A stretch of DNA of 64,000 nt from positions 1-64,000 of the IMG/VR virus record IMGVR_UViG_3300018492_000150, one strand, 5' to 3'. The first letter of the stretch is position 1. Each line of letters starts with the position of its first letter. This document shows positions 1-9,965 of this stretch, piece by piece. The translations under genes were made by a program, and so were the position numbers. This DNA comes from a virus. Lineage: Duplodnaviria; Caudoviricetes. Under the pieces are notes generated by a model. It was not told the origin of the DNA and made no database searches. It saw only the letters and a list, made by a program, of their open reading frames with translations.

Positions 1-897
1 CATAAGGATGAGCGTGATGGTTGCGAAAGCAGAAAAAAGTTGTCTGGATGATAATATGGTGAAATAAAAGCCTTATTCAGAAGGTCCTAAGTTATCGATA
101 ACAAGCCTTAGTTTAGCAGCGAAATATCGTAAATAAAAATAATATACACTTACATTAAAAGTGTATTATGAAAGGAGAATGAATATGATTAAAGATATAT
201 GTGGTTATGAAGATTTATATTCTATCAGTAGTGATGGGTATGTAATAAGTAAAATAACCGGAAAAATATTATCTCCTGGTATTAGGAGTGGATATAAATT
301 TGTAGTATTATGTAAAAGTCCAACAGATCATCAAAAATTTAATATTCATAGATTGGTGGCAGAACATTTTGTTCCTAATCCAGAAAATAAACCTATGGTT
401 ATGCATAAAAATAACAATAAACTTGACTGTAGAGCTGAAAATTTAATGTGGGGTACGGCCCAAGAAAATACGATTCAGGCTCATCTTGATGGATTGTGTT
501 GCGACAGAAGAAAAGATTATATACTATTTGATGGAGAGAGTGATATCATCAAGTGCCATGGTATAGATAGTGTATTAGAAAAAATTGAATATAATACCAC
601 AAGTAGAAGTTATGTGACTGGCATGGTAAAAAACGGAACTGAATTATCAAAGGGACCGTATGCTGGTTATGTTATAAAAAGATTAGAAAGACCTTTTGTT
701 TACGATATACGTTCAACGATCAGCCCTTGACGAGGGCGGCGAAAGCCTTAATGTAGAACCTCAAGCTAATGGAGGAAGAAAAATACAGCTCCTATATAAG
801 TATATAGGATGAACAAATGATCTATGCACGCTCTGTAATGGAGGTGACTAGGAATAGACCTAGCAATATAGAGTTGCGTCTATATTGAAATTTACAG
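1..897 (+). mobile_element. Group I intron (5' part outside window) interrupting the DnaB helicase gene
   Basis: Core elements GTTCAACGATCA (~711) and AATGATCT (~816) form P7 (GATCA/TGATC). ATATCGTAAA (~124) pairs with TTTACGATAT (~699), enclosing an HNH ORF. Three P9-type hairpins at 827-887. The helicase frame is open from 898; the 3' splice G at 897 is an estimate. Confidence 0.8.
185..730 (+). CDS. Intron-encoded NUMOD4/HNH homing endonuclease
   Basis: N-terminal KDICGYEDLYSISSDG (NUMOD4-like); IHRLVAEHFVPNPENKPMVMHKNNNKLDCRAENLMW (HNH_3 pattern); AGGAG upstream of ATG 185. Confidence 0.9.
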   Translation: MIKDICGYEDLYSISSDGYVISKITGKILSPGIRSGYKFVVLCKSPTDHQKFNIHRLVAEHFVPNPENKPMVMHKNNNKLDCRAENLMWGTAQENTIQAHLDGLCCDRRKDYILFDGESDIIKCHGIDSVLEKIEYNTTSRSYVTGMVKNGTELSKGPYAGYVIKRLERPFVYDIRSTISP

Positions 898-1761
898 AAT
901 ACTGTAGTTGAGACTATACAGAGATTATTTCAGATTTGTACAGGTGAGGAATTTGCAAAACAATCTTCTCCTCAAGAAGCGATTAACAAATTAAGGGCTG
1001 AGGGAGAATTATATTTAACAGATGAATCTCCTATAGATATTATAATAAAATTTGTTCCAAATAAATCAGTAGATACAAGTTATTTATATACACTTGTAGA
1101 GGATTTAGAGGACGAAGGATATGAAGTAGTAGCATTGTTACAAGACCATGCTAAACGTATTAGATCTACATTAAAAAATCCAGATGTACGTTTAGAGTTG
1201 GGTGATGTAATCAATGAATTTAAAACATTTGCAATGCTTAAAGATATTCCTGTTATAAGTAACTCTCATCTTAACAGAGAGGGTGCCAGAGTTATAGATG
1301 CAAATTCAGGAAAATCTAAAGCTGATTTAACAAGAATGCTCGGAAAAAGTAATATTGGAGAATCATTGTTGATGCTTGATAATGTAGATTATGCATGTAT
1401 TATTAACTATGAGTATGATAATGAAAATCAGAAATATATGGTATTTAAAGAAATCAAAACTCGTGTCAAGACATTTAGAGATTATGTATGTCAACCATTT
1501 GATATCAATAATGAGATCAAGTTAGTTGAAGATTATTATTCTCCTATACCTGTATTTAAAGATACTTTATATTCTGCTCCTGTATTGAATGCTGGAACAC
1601 CTAATATTCCGAATGTATCTGCAAATAATAGTAGATATGTGAATAATATTCCAGTAGATGATGAAGATCAGAATATCTATGAATTTAGTACACGTTATTC
1701 TTCTATAAAAGAAGAACCGAAGAATTTGGTGAGACCTTTTACGTTTGACGTTGCGTCTTAA
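898..1761 (+). CDS. dnaB: DnaB-like replicative helicase, 3' exon
   Basis: Frame reads NTVVETIQRLF...LLQDHAKRI...FKTFAMLKDIPVISNSHLNRE...GES...DNVD, matching SF4 helicase motifs. Confidence 0.8.
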   Translation, partial: NTVVETIQRLFQICTGEEFAKQSSPQEAINKLRAEGELYLTDESPIDIIIKFVPNKSVDTSYLYTLVEDLEDEGYEVVALLQDHAKRIRSTLKNPDVRLELGDVINEFKTFAMLKDIPVISNSHLNREGARVIDANSGKSKADLTRMLGKSNIGESLLMLDNVDYACIINYEYDNENQKYMVFKEIKTRVKTFRDYVCQPFDINNEIKLVEDYYSPIPVFKDTLYSAPVLNAGTPNIPNVSANNSRYVNNIPVDDEDQNIYEFSTRYSSIKEEPKNLVRPFTFDVAS

Positions 1762-1873
1762 AATGAAAAGAAAGTTCCAGTAGTGCGTAACAGCACTACT
1801 GGACACCAAACATAACACAGAGGATTAAAAAATACACCAATTTCAAAATACAACTTATACCCTTACTGCATTG

Positions 1874-2332
1874 TTAAGATTCATATATTTCAAGATTGGT
1901 TCTATTTAATACAATATGTCTTCTCTCGGCATTATATATATCATTCATAAACATAGCAAGATGGGAAGGAGTAAGAGCAAAGAATCTATTTTCATCTAAA
2001 GTAAATTCTTTTAAATTACACATACCGTTCATTGCTAGTATAATAAAATAAGCTTCAGTTGATCCATATATATCGTATGATAATAATTTAGGTTTATATT
2101 GATACTTAATTTTATCATCCATGCCAACTGTAACTATTTTTCTATATTGTTTTAACTCATCCATGTATCCATAGATTACATTATCTATTGCATATACTAA
2201 TTCGGGATGGGTTAAAGATCTTTCCATTATTGAGTATTTTGGATATGTAACTTTATCTGAATCTTTTAAAGAGATAAATTGATCTAACGTATAAGTCTCT
2301 TGAGGTTCTGATATTTGATTGAATACTGACAT
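1874..2332 (-). CDS. Putative baseplate wedge protein (T4 gp53/LysM-like)
   Basis: YKPKLLSYDIYGSTEAYFIILAMNG resembles the gp53-type motif. Confidence 0.55.
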   Translation of the reverse strand: MSVFNQISEPQETYTLDQFISLKDSDKVTYPKYSIMERSLTHPELVYAIDNVIYGYMDELKQYRKIVTVGMDDKIKYQYKPKLLSYDIYGSTEAYFIILAMNGMCNLKEFTLDENRFFALTPSHLAMFMNDIYNAERRHIVLNRTNLEIYES

Positions 2333-2676
2333 TAATCTTCATACCTCCTTAATATTGATGGTTTGTTTATATCTCCACCTATGAATATTAATATAACTTT
2401 ATCTCCTTTATCTAATGATTTGATATCACTAGGTAAAGTCATAGTTATATAATTTGATATAGTACAAGGAGATATATACATTGCTGTTTTATCTGATATT
2501 ATATTGCTAGTACTTATAGCTAATTCTTTATTATCATAAGCTTGGTCTAATGGTAATGTAGGAGTAGCTATAGGTATAGCTATTTTAACTTTTGGTCCAT
2601 TTGTTTTTTCCATGCAAATGCCTATTTCTGGATATTTAAAATCGGTATTTGCTTCTTTATAAAAATCACTGGTCAA
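2332..2676 (-). CDS. Putative baseplate hub/spike OB-fold protein
   Basis: C-terminal KGDKVILIFIGGDINKPSIL resembles the gp5/gpV OB-fold motif; AGGAGG before the TTG start. Confidence 0.5.
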   Translation of the reverse strand: MTSDFYKEANTDFKYPEIGICMEKTNGPKVKIAIPIATPTLPLDQAYDNKELAISTSNIISDKTAMYISPCTISNYITMTLPSDIKSLDKGDKVILIFIGGDINKPSILRRYED

Positions 2677-2738
2677 TATTTACACCTCCTGAAACACATT
2701 AATATATAGTTTTGCGATTAAACCGAAAGGAGTCTATT

Positions 2739-3200
2739 ATGACAGAAGAACAACTTTATTATGAGATTTTAAATATGCTTGGATTAGAGATAATCCAAGG
2801 TAGAATATATGATAGTGACGCTGGTTCTTTTCTTATATATAATGGCGGTTTCTTATATACTAATGATTCTGTTATTGTACATAAGAAAGATACTAGATTT
2901 AACCCGCTATATAATAACAAACTTGCAGAGTATTTACTAAATGTCCTGTTTGAAAAAGAGAAACAGGATAATGGTCTATACGTTAAATTATTTGGCTCTA
3001 ATGAAGGGCAGAGATGTGGTCTTAGAACTATTTCTCTAAGTATTATAACTAATAAGATGAATATAACTACAGGGTATTTTTATAACTATTGCTTAGCTTG
3101 TATTCATGCTATGTATATTCTAGCAGATATGTTTGTGCCTAATTTATCTGCTTTTGATTATACGCCGGAGATGTTAACTACTACTAAGAAAGGAAAATAA
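2739..3200 (+). CDS. Hypothetical protein
   Basis: ORF with AAGGAG RBS. Confidence 0.7.
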   Translation: MTEEQLYYEILNMLGLEIIQGRIYDSDAGSFLIYNGGFLYTNDSVIVHKKDTRFNPLYNNKLAEYLLNVLFEKEKQDNGLYVKLFGSNEGQRCGLRTISLSIITNKMNITTGYFYNYCLACIHAMYILADMFVPNLSAFDYTPEMLTTTKKGK

Positions 3201-3204
3201 AATT

Positions 3205-4404
3205 ATGATTTTATTTAATCCTGGTCAAGAAGCAGTCATTCAGGCTGGAGTTCATCATATAAAACATTCGAGCAAACAAGTGTTTGAGTTTACTGGTGGA
3301 CCTGGAACTGGAAAGACTGAATGTATACATGAAATTGTTAGAAGATCTGGTATACCTTTAAACAGAATAGCACCTATGGCATTTATTGGTCAGGCTGCTA
3401 TAGTTATGAGATTAAGAGGTCTTCTAAATGCTAGGACGATACATTCATGGTTATATGAGTGTATCGAGGAAGATGTTTTAGATGAACACGGGTTTCCTGT
3501 TATGGATCCAGTGTTCAATAAACCTATGAAACGATATACATTTATACCTAGAGATTTAAATGATATCGATTTATTCATTATCGATGAGGGATATACTGTA
3601 CCTAGATGGATGAAGAAAGATATAGAATCTAGAGGCAAAAAAATTATCGTATGTGGAGATAGAAATCAATTACCTCCTGTAGAAGATGAACCTGCATATT
3701 TAGTGAATGATGATGTAATGATGCTTACTCAAGTAATGAGACAAAACGAGTGGTCATATATCGTTCATTTAGCTAATTTAGTATTACAGGGTATTGAGCC
3801 TGATTTAGGATTACATGGGAATGTTCTTGTTATAGAACAAGATGATCTTACTCCAGAAATGATTAAAAATTCTCAAGTTATCATTTGCGGTACAAATAAG
3901 ACTAGAGATTTTTATAACGATTACATACGCCACGAAATACTCCATAAAACTACAACATTACCTGGAGTTGGAGAACGAGTAATGTGTAGAAAAAATAACT
4001 GGAACATAGAAGTTGACGGAATTAATCTCACTAATGGATTAACAGGTACTGTAGCTAGGCCTGCTGATGTATATAATTTTGATGGTAAGACTTTTAATAT
4101 AGATTTTAGATCGGATCTATTAGGTCTATATTTTAACGATATTACTTGTAATTATCAATACTTTACAGCAAAAACTAGACAAGAGAAGGAGTTTATAAAA
4201 AACTCTAGATATGCTATAGGTGAAAAGTTTGAATATGCATATGCTAAAACAACTCATCTTTGTCAAGGTAGTCAGTATTATAACGGAATTTATATATCTG
4301 AATATCTACACAAGGATATTCAGAGACAGTTAGACTTTACAGCTGCTACAAGATTCATTAATCATATGATTTACGTTGTAAAGAAACGTAGACGATATTA
4401 TTAA
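3205..4404 (+). CDS. RecD/Dda-like SF1B helicase
   Basis: Walker A GGPGTGKT, ARTIHS, IIDEG, GDRNQLPPV, LTQVMRQ, YAKTTHLCQGSQY. Confidence 0.9.
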   Translation: MILFNPGQEAVIQAGVHHIKHSSKQVFEFTGGPGTGKTECIHEIVRRSGIPLNRIAPMAFIGQAAIVMRLRGLLNARTIHSWLYECIEEDVLDEHGFPVMDPVFNKPMKRYTFIPRDLNDIDLFIIDEGYTVPRWMKKDIESRGKKIIVCGDRNQLPPVEDEPAYLVNDDVMMLTQVMRQNEWSYIVHLANLVLQGIEPDLGLHGNVLVIEQDDLTPEMIKNSQVIICGTNKTRDFYNDYIRHEILHKTTTLPGVGERVMCRKNNWNIEVDGINLTNGLTGTVARPADVYNFDGKTFNIDFRSDLLGLYFNDITCNYQYFTAKTRQEKEFIKNSRYAIGEKFEYAYAKTTHLCQGSQYYNGIYISEYLHKDIQRQLDFTAATRFINHMIYVVKKRRRYY

Positions 4405-4470
4405 TATTCTCAATAATCGTATATTATACTATTGATAAAGAATATTAATATTTTAAGGAGGATTTTTAAA

Positions 4471-4920
4471 ATGGAAATGATTAAACCTTTTACAAGACCA
4501 GAAGAGAATATAGAGGTCAATATTGAAAAGAAAGATACTGTTCATAAAGAAGAACAGCCTAAGTTAATTAAACCTTTTACTAGAGTAGAAACTCCATCTA
4601 CTAAATTGTACTTAGTATTGAAGTATTATGATGAAAAAGATTTAGATGGAGAGGAGATTAGAGATTTTGAGTTCTTTGAAGGAACATCTCAAGATCTTTA
4701 TGATTATCTTAAAGCAGAGATTGAAGCTGATTCTGATACTCAGTTAGATGTAATGAGATCTAGAATTTTAGTAGACAGCCCAAAGATTTCAATATCCCAT
4801 AAATGCTCAGTATACATGTTTATGAAGGATTTAAGAAATAGAGGAGTAGTAATGGACGATACAAGTTTTGATATCGAAGACTACTTCTATTCATTTGAAA
4901 ACGAAGAGAAAGGAGAATAA
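4471..4920 (+). CDS. Acidic hypothetical protein with two N-terminal IKPFTR motifs
   Basis: AAGGAGG RBS; TATATTAT motif upstream. Confidence 0.75.
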   Translation: MEMIKPFTRPEENIEVNIEKKDTVHKEEQPKLIKPFTRVETPSTKLYLVLKYYDEKDLDGEEIRDFEFFEGTSQDLYDYLKAEIEADSDTQLDVMRSRILVDSPKISISHKCSVYMFMKDLRNRGVVMDDTSFDIEDYFYSFENEEKGE

Positions 4921-4922
4921 CA

Positions 4923-5531
4923 ATGGGCAAGAATAAAGGTGGAGGAAATAAACAAAGACCACCACAGCCATCATTCTTTGTTCAACAACAACAGAAACTT
5001 GGCACTGGTTTTATGAACAGTATTAATACAGAATTTGTTAGAAAGAACGCATTGAAAATTTTTAAAGATTTGGCATGTGGTGCTATTAATCCTGATACAG
5101 ATTGTGAGTATTTTGCACAATATGATTTTACTTACAATTTAGCTATAGCTGCAAATGATAATGCAAAATATAGATACTATGTTTGGATTGGACTTACAAA
5201 CAATCCTCAGTATCAATATGATGCAGAAATGCAGAGAGTTGCAGCTGAAGTTTATGATCAGATGAACACTTATAATACTATAGTGATACATCTAAATAAT
5301 ATACTTCAAGACATTACGATGTCTAATGGAGTATATATAAGATTCTATTTACAACAACTTATTGCTGAGATTAGATGGAAACGGAATGCATTCAATGGGC
5401 TATTTGTAACATTATCTCAGGAAGATGATAAGTTAGTAAGACAGAGAAGGAGGCAAATTCAAAATGACCAAGGATACGGTAATGAAGATGAGAGAGGCTT
5501 TTTCCAAAAGCCCTATAAAGATAACATGTGA
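4923..5531 (+). CDS. Hypothetical protein
   Basis: ORF with AAGGAG RBS, operonic. Confidence 0.75.
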   Translation: MGKNKGGGNKQRPPQPSFFVQQQQKLGTGFMNSINTEFVRKNALKIFKDLACGAINPDTDCEYFAQYDFTYNLAIAANDNAKYRYYVWIGLTNNPQYQYDAEMQRVAAEVYDQMNTYNTIVIHLNNILQDITMSNGVYIRFYLQQLIAEIRWKRNAFNGLFVTLSQEDDKLVRQRRRQIQNDQGYGNEDERGFFQKPYKDNM

Positions 5532-5847
5532 CAACATGATTATCGTTTGGGATAATTCTCGAAATTATCCCAACGTAATCTGGGATGATGATAACCAGGT
5601 ACTTACAGCTTTTAGAGTTAACACTGAGGATATTCAGCAGGGATATCCATTTGAAATTCTCAGAACTGAATATGATCATATTCAGTATATGGAAGCTTTA
5701 GTTACACCTAAAGATGCAGTGGAATTCTTAAAACAGAATAAAGATCAGATGGGTGATTCTTATCAATTGGCGCTTGATATGGTTTCTAAAACTATATCTC
5801 AAAGAGGATATACTGGTACCCTTCCAATGGCAAATGTACAGAAATAA
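5464..5847 (+). CDS. Hypothetical protein
   Basis: AAGGAGG RBS at ~5447; overlaps the upstream gene. Confidence 0.7.
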   Translation: MTKDTVMKMREAFSKSPIKITCDNMIIVWDNSRNYPNVIWDDDNQVLTAFRVNTEDIQQGYPFEILRTEYDHIQYMEALVTPKDAVEFLKQNKDQMGDSYQLALDMVSKTISQRGYTGTLPMANVQK

Positions 5848-5969
5848 ACAGGCGTAACAGTATAGTAAATTTTAGATATCTAATCGTGAATATAATTATA
5901 TATTATTATAGCGATTCAAGATATATATTGATATCAATATTATAATTTTATTTCAAGGAGGAAGCAATT

Positions 5970-6830
5970 ATGAATGCATTCACAAATCAGATGAACCAGG
6001 GATATTACATGGGGCCTATGGGAGGAGTACAGCCGATGGGATACACTCCTCAGCCAAACATGCTTAATAGACCGGCAATGTCAAACCCACTTACAGATGA
6101 ACAGCTTAAATTATTAGCAACAGCTGAGGACAGTTTTGATCTTAAGATTAAACCGGAAGAGATCGCTAAGGCTGTTTGTACACACAAGAATACACAGAAA
6201 GGTGTATTTGAAATCGTTCCAAATAACAATCCGGAACAGCCTGGATTGGTTACATGTAAAATTTGTCACGCTACATTTAACCCAGATCTTGTAAATGAGC
6301 AGTATGTTCATCAGGCAACAGATATGGTATTAAATGTGCTGCAGACATGTAAACTTATCGGTGTAGATCTTAACGACGAAGTTATTCGTCAGTATTTCAC
6401 AATCATTCCGTTGATTGAAAGAATTCCGAAGTTATACAAACTTGTAAACAAATCATTCAAGAAATACAATGATCCTCAGGCACTTGCTCCGCAGAATGGA
6501 CCGAATATGATGGGTATGTATAATGCTATGGTTAACCCTGCAGTTCCAATGGGAATGCCTGGATATGGTTACGGAATGGGATTTGGTCAGCCACAGATGC
6601 AGCAGACACCTATGATGAACATGCAAGCACAGATGGTAAATGGAGGTAATCCGTTATATCAGCAGCCAATGCAGGCACCGTTCGGACAGCAGCAGCCAAT
6701 GAATGGATTCGGACAACCGATGAATCAGCCTATGATGAATCAGCAGCAGGCAGCACCTCAGCAGAATGTACAGCAGGCACAGCCAGCAGCTGGTGAACAG
6801 GTTAATATCAAAGAACAGGTTAAGCTGTAA
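5970..6830 (+). CDS. Protein with putative Zn site (CTH...CKIC) flanked by Gln/Met/Pro/Gly-rich low-complexity arms
   Basis: Composition seen directly; own TATATTAT motif, AAGGAGG RBS and terminator. Confidence 0.8.
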   Translation: MNAFTNQMNQGYYMGPMGGVQPMGYTPQPNMLNRPAMSNPLTDEQLKLLATAEDSFDLKIKPEEIAKAVCTHKNTQKGVFEIVPNNNPEQPGLVTCKICHATFNPDLVNEQYVHQATDMVLNVLQTCKLIGVDLNDEVIRQYFTIIPLIERIPKLYKLVNKSFKKYNDPQALAPQNGPNMMGMYNAMVNPAVPMGMPGYGYGMGFGQPQMQQTPMMNMQAQMVNGGNPLYQQPMQAPFGQQQPMNGFGQPMNQPMMNQQQAAPQQNVQQAQPAAGEQVNIKEQVKL

Positions 6831-6840
6831 TAGCAAAGAT

Positions 6841-6878
6841 ATAGAGTGAGGATAAAACCTCACTCTATTTTCTTTTTT
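6841..6878 (+). terminator. Intrinsic terminator
   Basis: ATAGAGTGAGG-ataaaa-CCTCACTCTAT followed by a T-tract. Confidence 0.8.
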
Positions 6879-6934
6879 ACTTTACTGTCTAACTACTGAA
6901 TAAGACTATAACAATGACAGGAGGAAGTATAGTT

Positions 6935-9301
6935 ATGGCAAAAGCAGTCAAACAACAATCATCGTTGTCTGATGAAATGATCAAAAATATACAACAGTAT
7001 GGTTCTCAAATTAAAACACTTGAGAACTTCGTTAAAGTAGTACGTCAAAATCCAGGATATCATCTTGGTAGTATTGGGAATAAAGGTGTACGAAATATGG
7101 CTAGAGAAATTTGGCAGAACTCTTTTGATGAAATGGATAAAGCAGATTCTCCATGTACTTGGGTTAGGATTACTTTTGATGAAAGAACTTGTTGTTTCAC
7201 TACAGAGGATAATGGTAGAGGTATTCCGTTAGGAGATATCTTAAGAATTTTTATGGACCCAAACACTTCATCAAACTATGTAAAGAAACCGGGAGAATAT
7301 TCTTCAGGTCTTCATGGTGTTGGTGCTAAAGTTACTAATGCAATGTCTAGTAGATTTATTATTGAATCTTATAGATTTGATGGATCTGCTAAGAGAGTAG
7401 AATTTACAGAGGGTTATCCTTGGGATAAGGGAGAAGTTGATATTCCTAACCCTCAGCATAAACAAGGTACTATCATTTCATTTATACCATCTGTAGAAGG
7501 TTTAGGCGAAATATCCATATCTTGGAAAGATGTGTATAAATGGCTTATCAATATTACACCGTTGAATGCAGTTGGGGATACAGTGTTCTTTACAGCATAT
7601 GATAGAAATGGTAAAGAGTATTCTGAAAAAATTGTTAATGAGGATGGAATTTTCACATATCTTATTAGAGAAACAGATTCTCCGCTAGTAGCTCCATTAT
7701 ATCTCTCAAGAGATACAGGACAAATGAAAATGGATATTGCATTTACTTGGGATACATCAGAATCAGCTACTGATCATATTGTAGCATTTGCAAATAAATG
7801 TCCAACTACATTTGGTACTCATATTGATGGATTTGAAGATGGTATCACTACGTTCTTTACAAACTATATGAACAAGATCTATCTTGCATCTCAAAAGAAG
7901 AATAAGATAACAGTAGTAAAGAACGATATTAAATCAGGACTTAAAGCTATTGTTACAGTAGCGGCATTAGTTCCAATTTTTGATGGTCAGTCTAAAGAGA
8001 AACTCAGTAATGCTGAGATGAGACCATTTGTAAAAGATACTACTATCGAATTGATGGATCAATGGGCTAAGAATAATCCTAAAGATCTTGCTACTTTATG
8101 TGGGTATTTTAAGGATATTGCTACAGCTCGTTCAGCTGCAGACAAACAGAGAATTCGTTTAACTGATAAGTATAAAAAATCTAAACTTAGTGGATTGCCT
8201 ACGAAATTTGTAGCACCTAAGAATATTAAGAATGGAGAGTTCTTTATAACAGAAGGTGATTCAGCTGCAGGTCTTATAAAGAATCACAGGTTAAATGAAT
8301 CTCAGGGATATTTCCCTATCAGAGGTAAACTTCCAAATGCATTTAGAACTTCTAGAGAGAAATTCTTAAACAATGCAGAAGTTGCAGGTATTATTCAAAT
8401 CATTGGTGGCGGATATGGAAGAAACTTCGACATTTCGAAAGTTAAATGGGATAAGATTATATTCTGTACCGATGCCGACCCTGATGGAAATCATATCAAA
8501 GCTTTGTTATTGAGATTCTTTATTCTGTATATGCCACAGCTTATTGAAGCTGGTAAAGTATACGCAGCATTACCTCCATTATATGGTATTAAGATAGGTA
8601 AAGGTAAATATATCTATCTTAGAGATAGAATGGAGTATGTAAAGTATGTTCAGAAAGACTTTGCAAAGAACAATACAGTTGCTCTTGTAGATAATAAAAA
8701 GCAGATTCAAAGTAGGGAATTATCTAAGATCCTGTATACAAATATCGATTATGTTCGTGAAGTTAATAGGGTTGCAGATAACCATGCAGTGGATCCTATT
8801 CTTCTTGAGAGTGTTTTGACTCTTGTATACAACAAAGCAAGCAAAGCTAAATTTGATTCTAGTATTAAGAAGCAGTTTAAGTTTATCGATTCTATTACTA
8901 GAAAGAATGGGATGATTATAATTGAAGGGCTTGTTGGCTCTAAATATCAGACTATGTTTGTTAATGATACTCTTATTGCAGAGTCAAAACATATCATGGA
9001 TATTATGGCACAGAATGAGTATCTTGCTTATCTTGTAAACGGAAAAGTATCTTCAGTTTATGAGTTGATGGCGCTGTTTGAAAAATCTGCACCAAACTCT
9101 ATCCAACGATATAAAGGTCTTGGTGAAATGAGTGGAGATAGATTATTCGAATCTACTCTAGATCCAAACAAACGTACGTTAATCAGATATACTATTGATA
9201 ACGTAAAAGAAGAAATTGAACAGATTAAGTTTTATGAAAATAATAATATGAAAGCATTGCTTGAAGATGTGAAAGTATCACGTTTTGAAGTAATAGAATA
9301 A
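6935..9301 (+). CDS. gyrB: Type IIA topoisomerase B subunit (GyrB/ParE-like)
   Basis: GHKL motifs EIWQNSFDE, DNGRGIP, GLHGVG; TOPRIM motifs EGDSA, PIRGK, DADPDG; RYKGLGEM. Confidence 0.95.
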   Translation: MAKAVKQQSSLSDEMIKNIQQYGSQIKTLENFVKVVRQNPGYHLGSIGNKGVRNMAREIWQNSFDEMDKADSPCTWVRITFDERTCCFTTEDNGRGIPLGDILRIFMDPNTSSNYVKKPGEYSSGLHGVGAKVTNAMSSRFIIESYRFDGSAKRVEFTEGYPWDKGEVDIPNPQHKQGTIISFIPSVEGLGEISISWKDVYKWLINITPLNAVGDTVFFTAYDRNGKEYSEKIVNEDGIFTYLIRETDSPLVAPLYLSRDTGQMKMDIAFTWDTSESATDHIVAFANKCPTTFGTHIDGFEDGITTFFTNYMNKIYLASQKKNKITVVKNDIKSGLKAIVTVAALVPIFDGQSKEKLSNAEMRPFVKDTTIELMDQWAKNNPKDLATLCGYFKDIATARSAADKQRIRLTDKYKKSKLSGLPTKFVAPKNIKNGEFFITEGDSAAGLIKNHRLNESQGYFPIRGKLPNAFRTSREKFLNNAEVAGIIQIIGGGYGRNFDISKVKWDKIIFCTDADPDGNHIKALLLRFFILYMPQLIEAGKVYAALPPLYGIKIGKGKYIYLRDRMEYVKYVQKDFAKNNTVALVDNKKQIQSRELSKILYTNIDYVREVNRVADNHAVDPILLESVLTLVYNKASKAKFDSSIKKQFKFIDSITRKNGMIIIEGLVGSKYQTMFVNDTLIAESKHIMDIMAQNEYLAYLVNGKVSSVYELMALFEKSAPNSIQRYKGLGEMSGDRLFESTLDPNKRTLIRYTIDNVKEEIEQIKFYENNNMKALLEDVKVSRFEVIE

Positions 9302-9302
9302 G

Positions 9303-9343
9303 ATAAGTAGAGTAGGTTATTCCCTACTCTACTTATATTTTTT
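9303..9343 (+). terminator. Intrinsic terminator
   Basis: ATAAGTAGAGTAGG/CCTACTCTACTTAT stem plus T-tract. Confidence 0.8.
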
Positions 9344-9389
9344 ATGGTTATATATTATAAAAATGAATAATAAGAAAGGAGAATTAGTA

Positions 9390-9965
9390 ATGGGTACTAA
9401 TGAAATTATCGAAGAAAAAACCGAAGATGAGCGGACAGATGTGAGGAGGATGGTTGATTTTAAACGAGGGCAGATTTATATCTGCACGCTTGATGATTAC
9501 AGAGTAACTCAGAGCGGAGAGCATCTGTTTTCTAAAACTGGGTTAATTGGCAAATCAAGACCGTGTATGATATGGTCAAATGATGATTATAACAAGGATA
9601 GTAGAAATACTTATACTATTATTCCCATTAAGTCCAATCATACAAGTTTATCTACAAAACAATATATTCAAGAATCTTATGATATTCTTGTTCCTATTTG
9701 GATAAATGGAGTAGAGAAATTTTTAGCCGTAAGCCAAGCTAGACCGATTAATGCTATAAATATTAGATCTTATATGGGTACAATAACTAATCAAGAAATT
9801 TTAGATGAAGTAGATAAAGCATTTTTGGTAAACCATATGAGAGATAAGAAAATAATGGAGCAGATTTTTTACAAGTATGGCAATGTTGAAAATATTATAG
9901 AATTTCTTAATTCAAATAAAGCATATAATTGCTATCTGAATTATGTGAAGAGAGGGAAACAATAA
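9390..9965 (+). CDS. PemK/MazF-family endoribonuclease-like protein
   Basis: KRGQIY...GKSRPCMIWSNDDYN...TIIPI...SQARPI...YMGTI...LDEVDKA follows the MazF pattern. Confidence 0.7.
   Translation: MGTNEIIEEKTEDERTDVRRMVDFKRGQIYICTLDDYRVTQSGEHLFSKTGLIGKSRPCMIWSNDDYNKDSRNTYTIIPIKSNHTSLSTKQYIQESYDILVPIWINGVEKFLAVSQARPINAINIRSYMGTITNQEILDEVDKAFLVNHMRDKKIMEQIFYKYGNVENIIEFLNSNKAYNCYLNYVKRGKQ

Noticed and set aside
8015-8035. RPF/KPF inside GyrB, RecA and the beta' fragment as motif instances
   Set aside because: They lie within folded domains and may be chance, so they were not counted.
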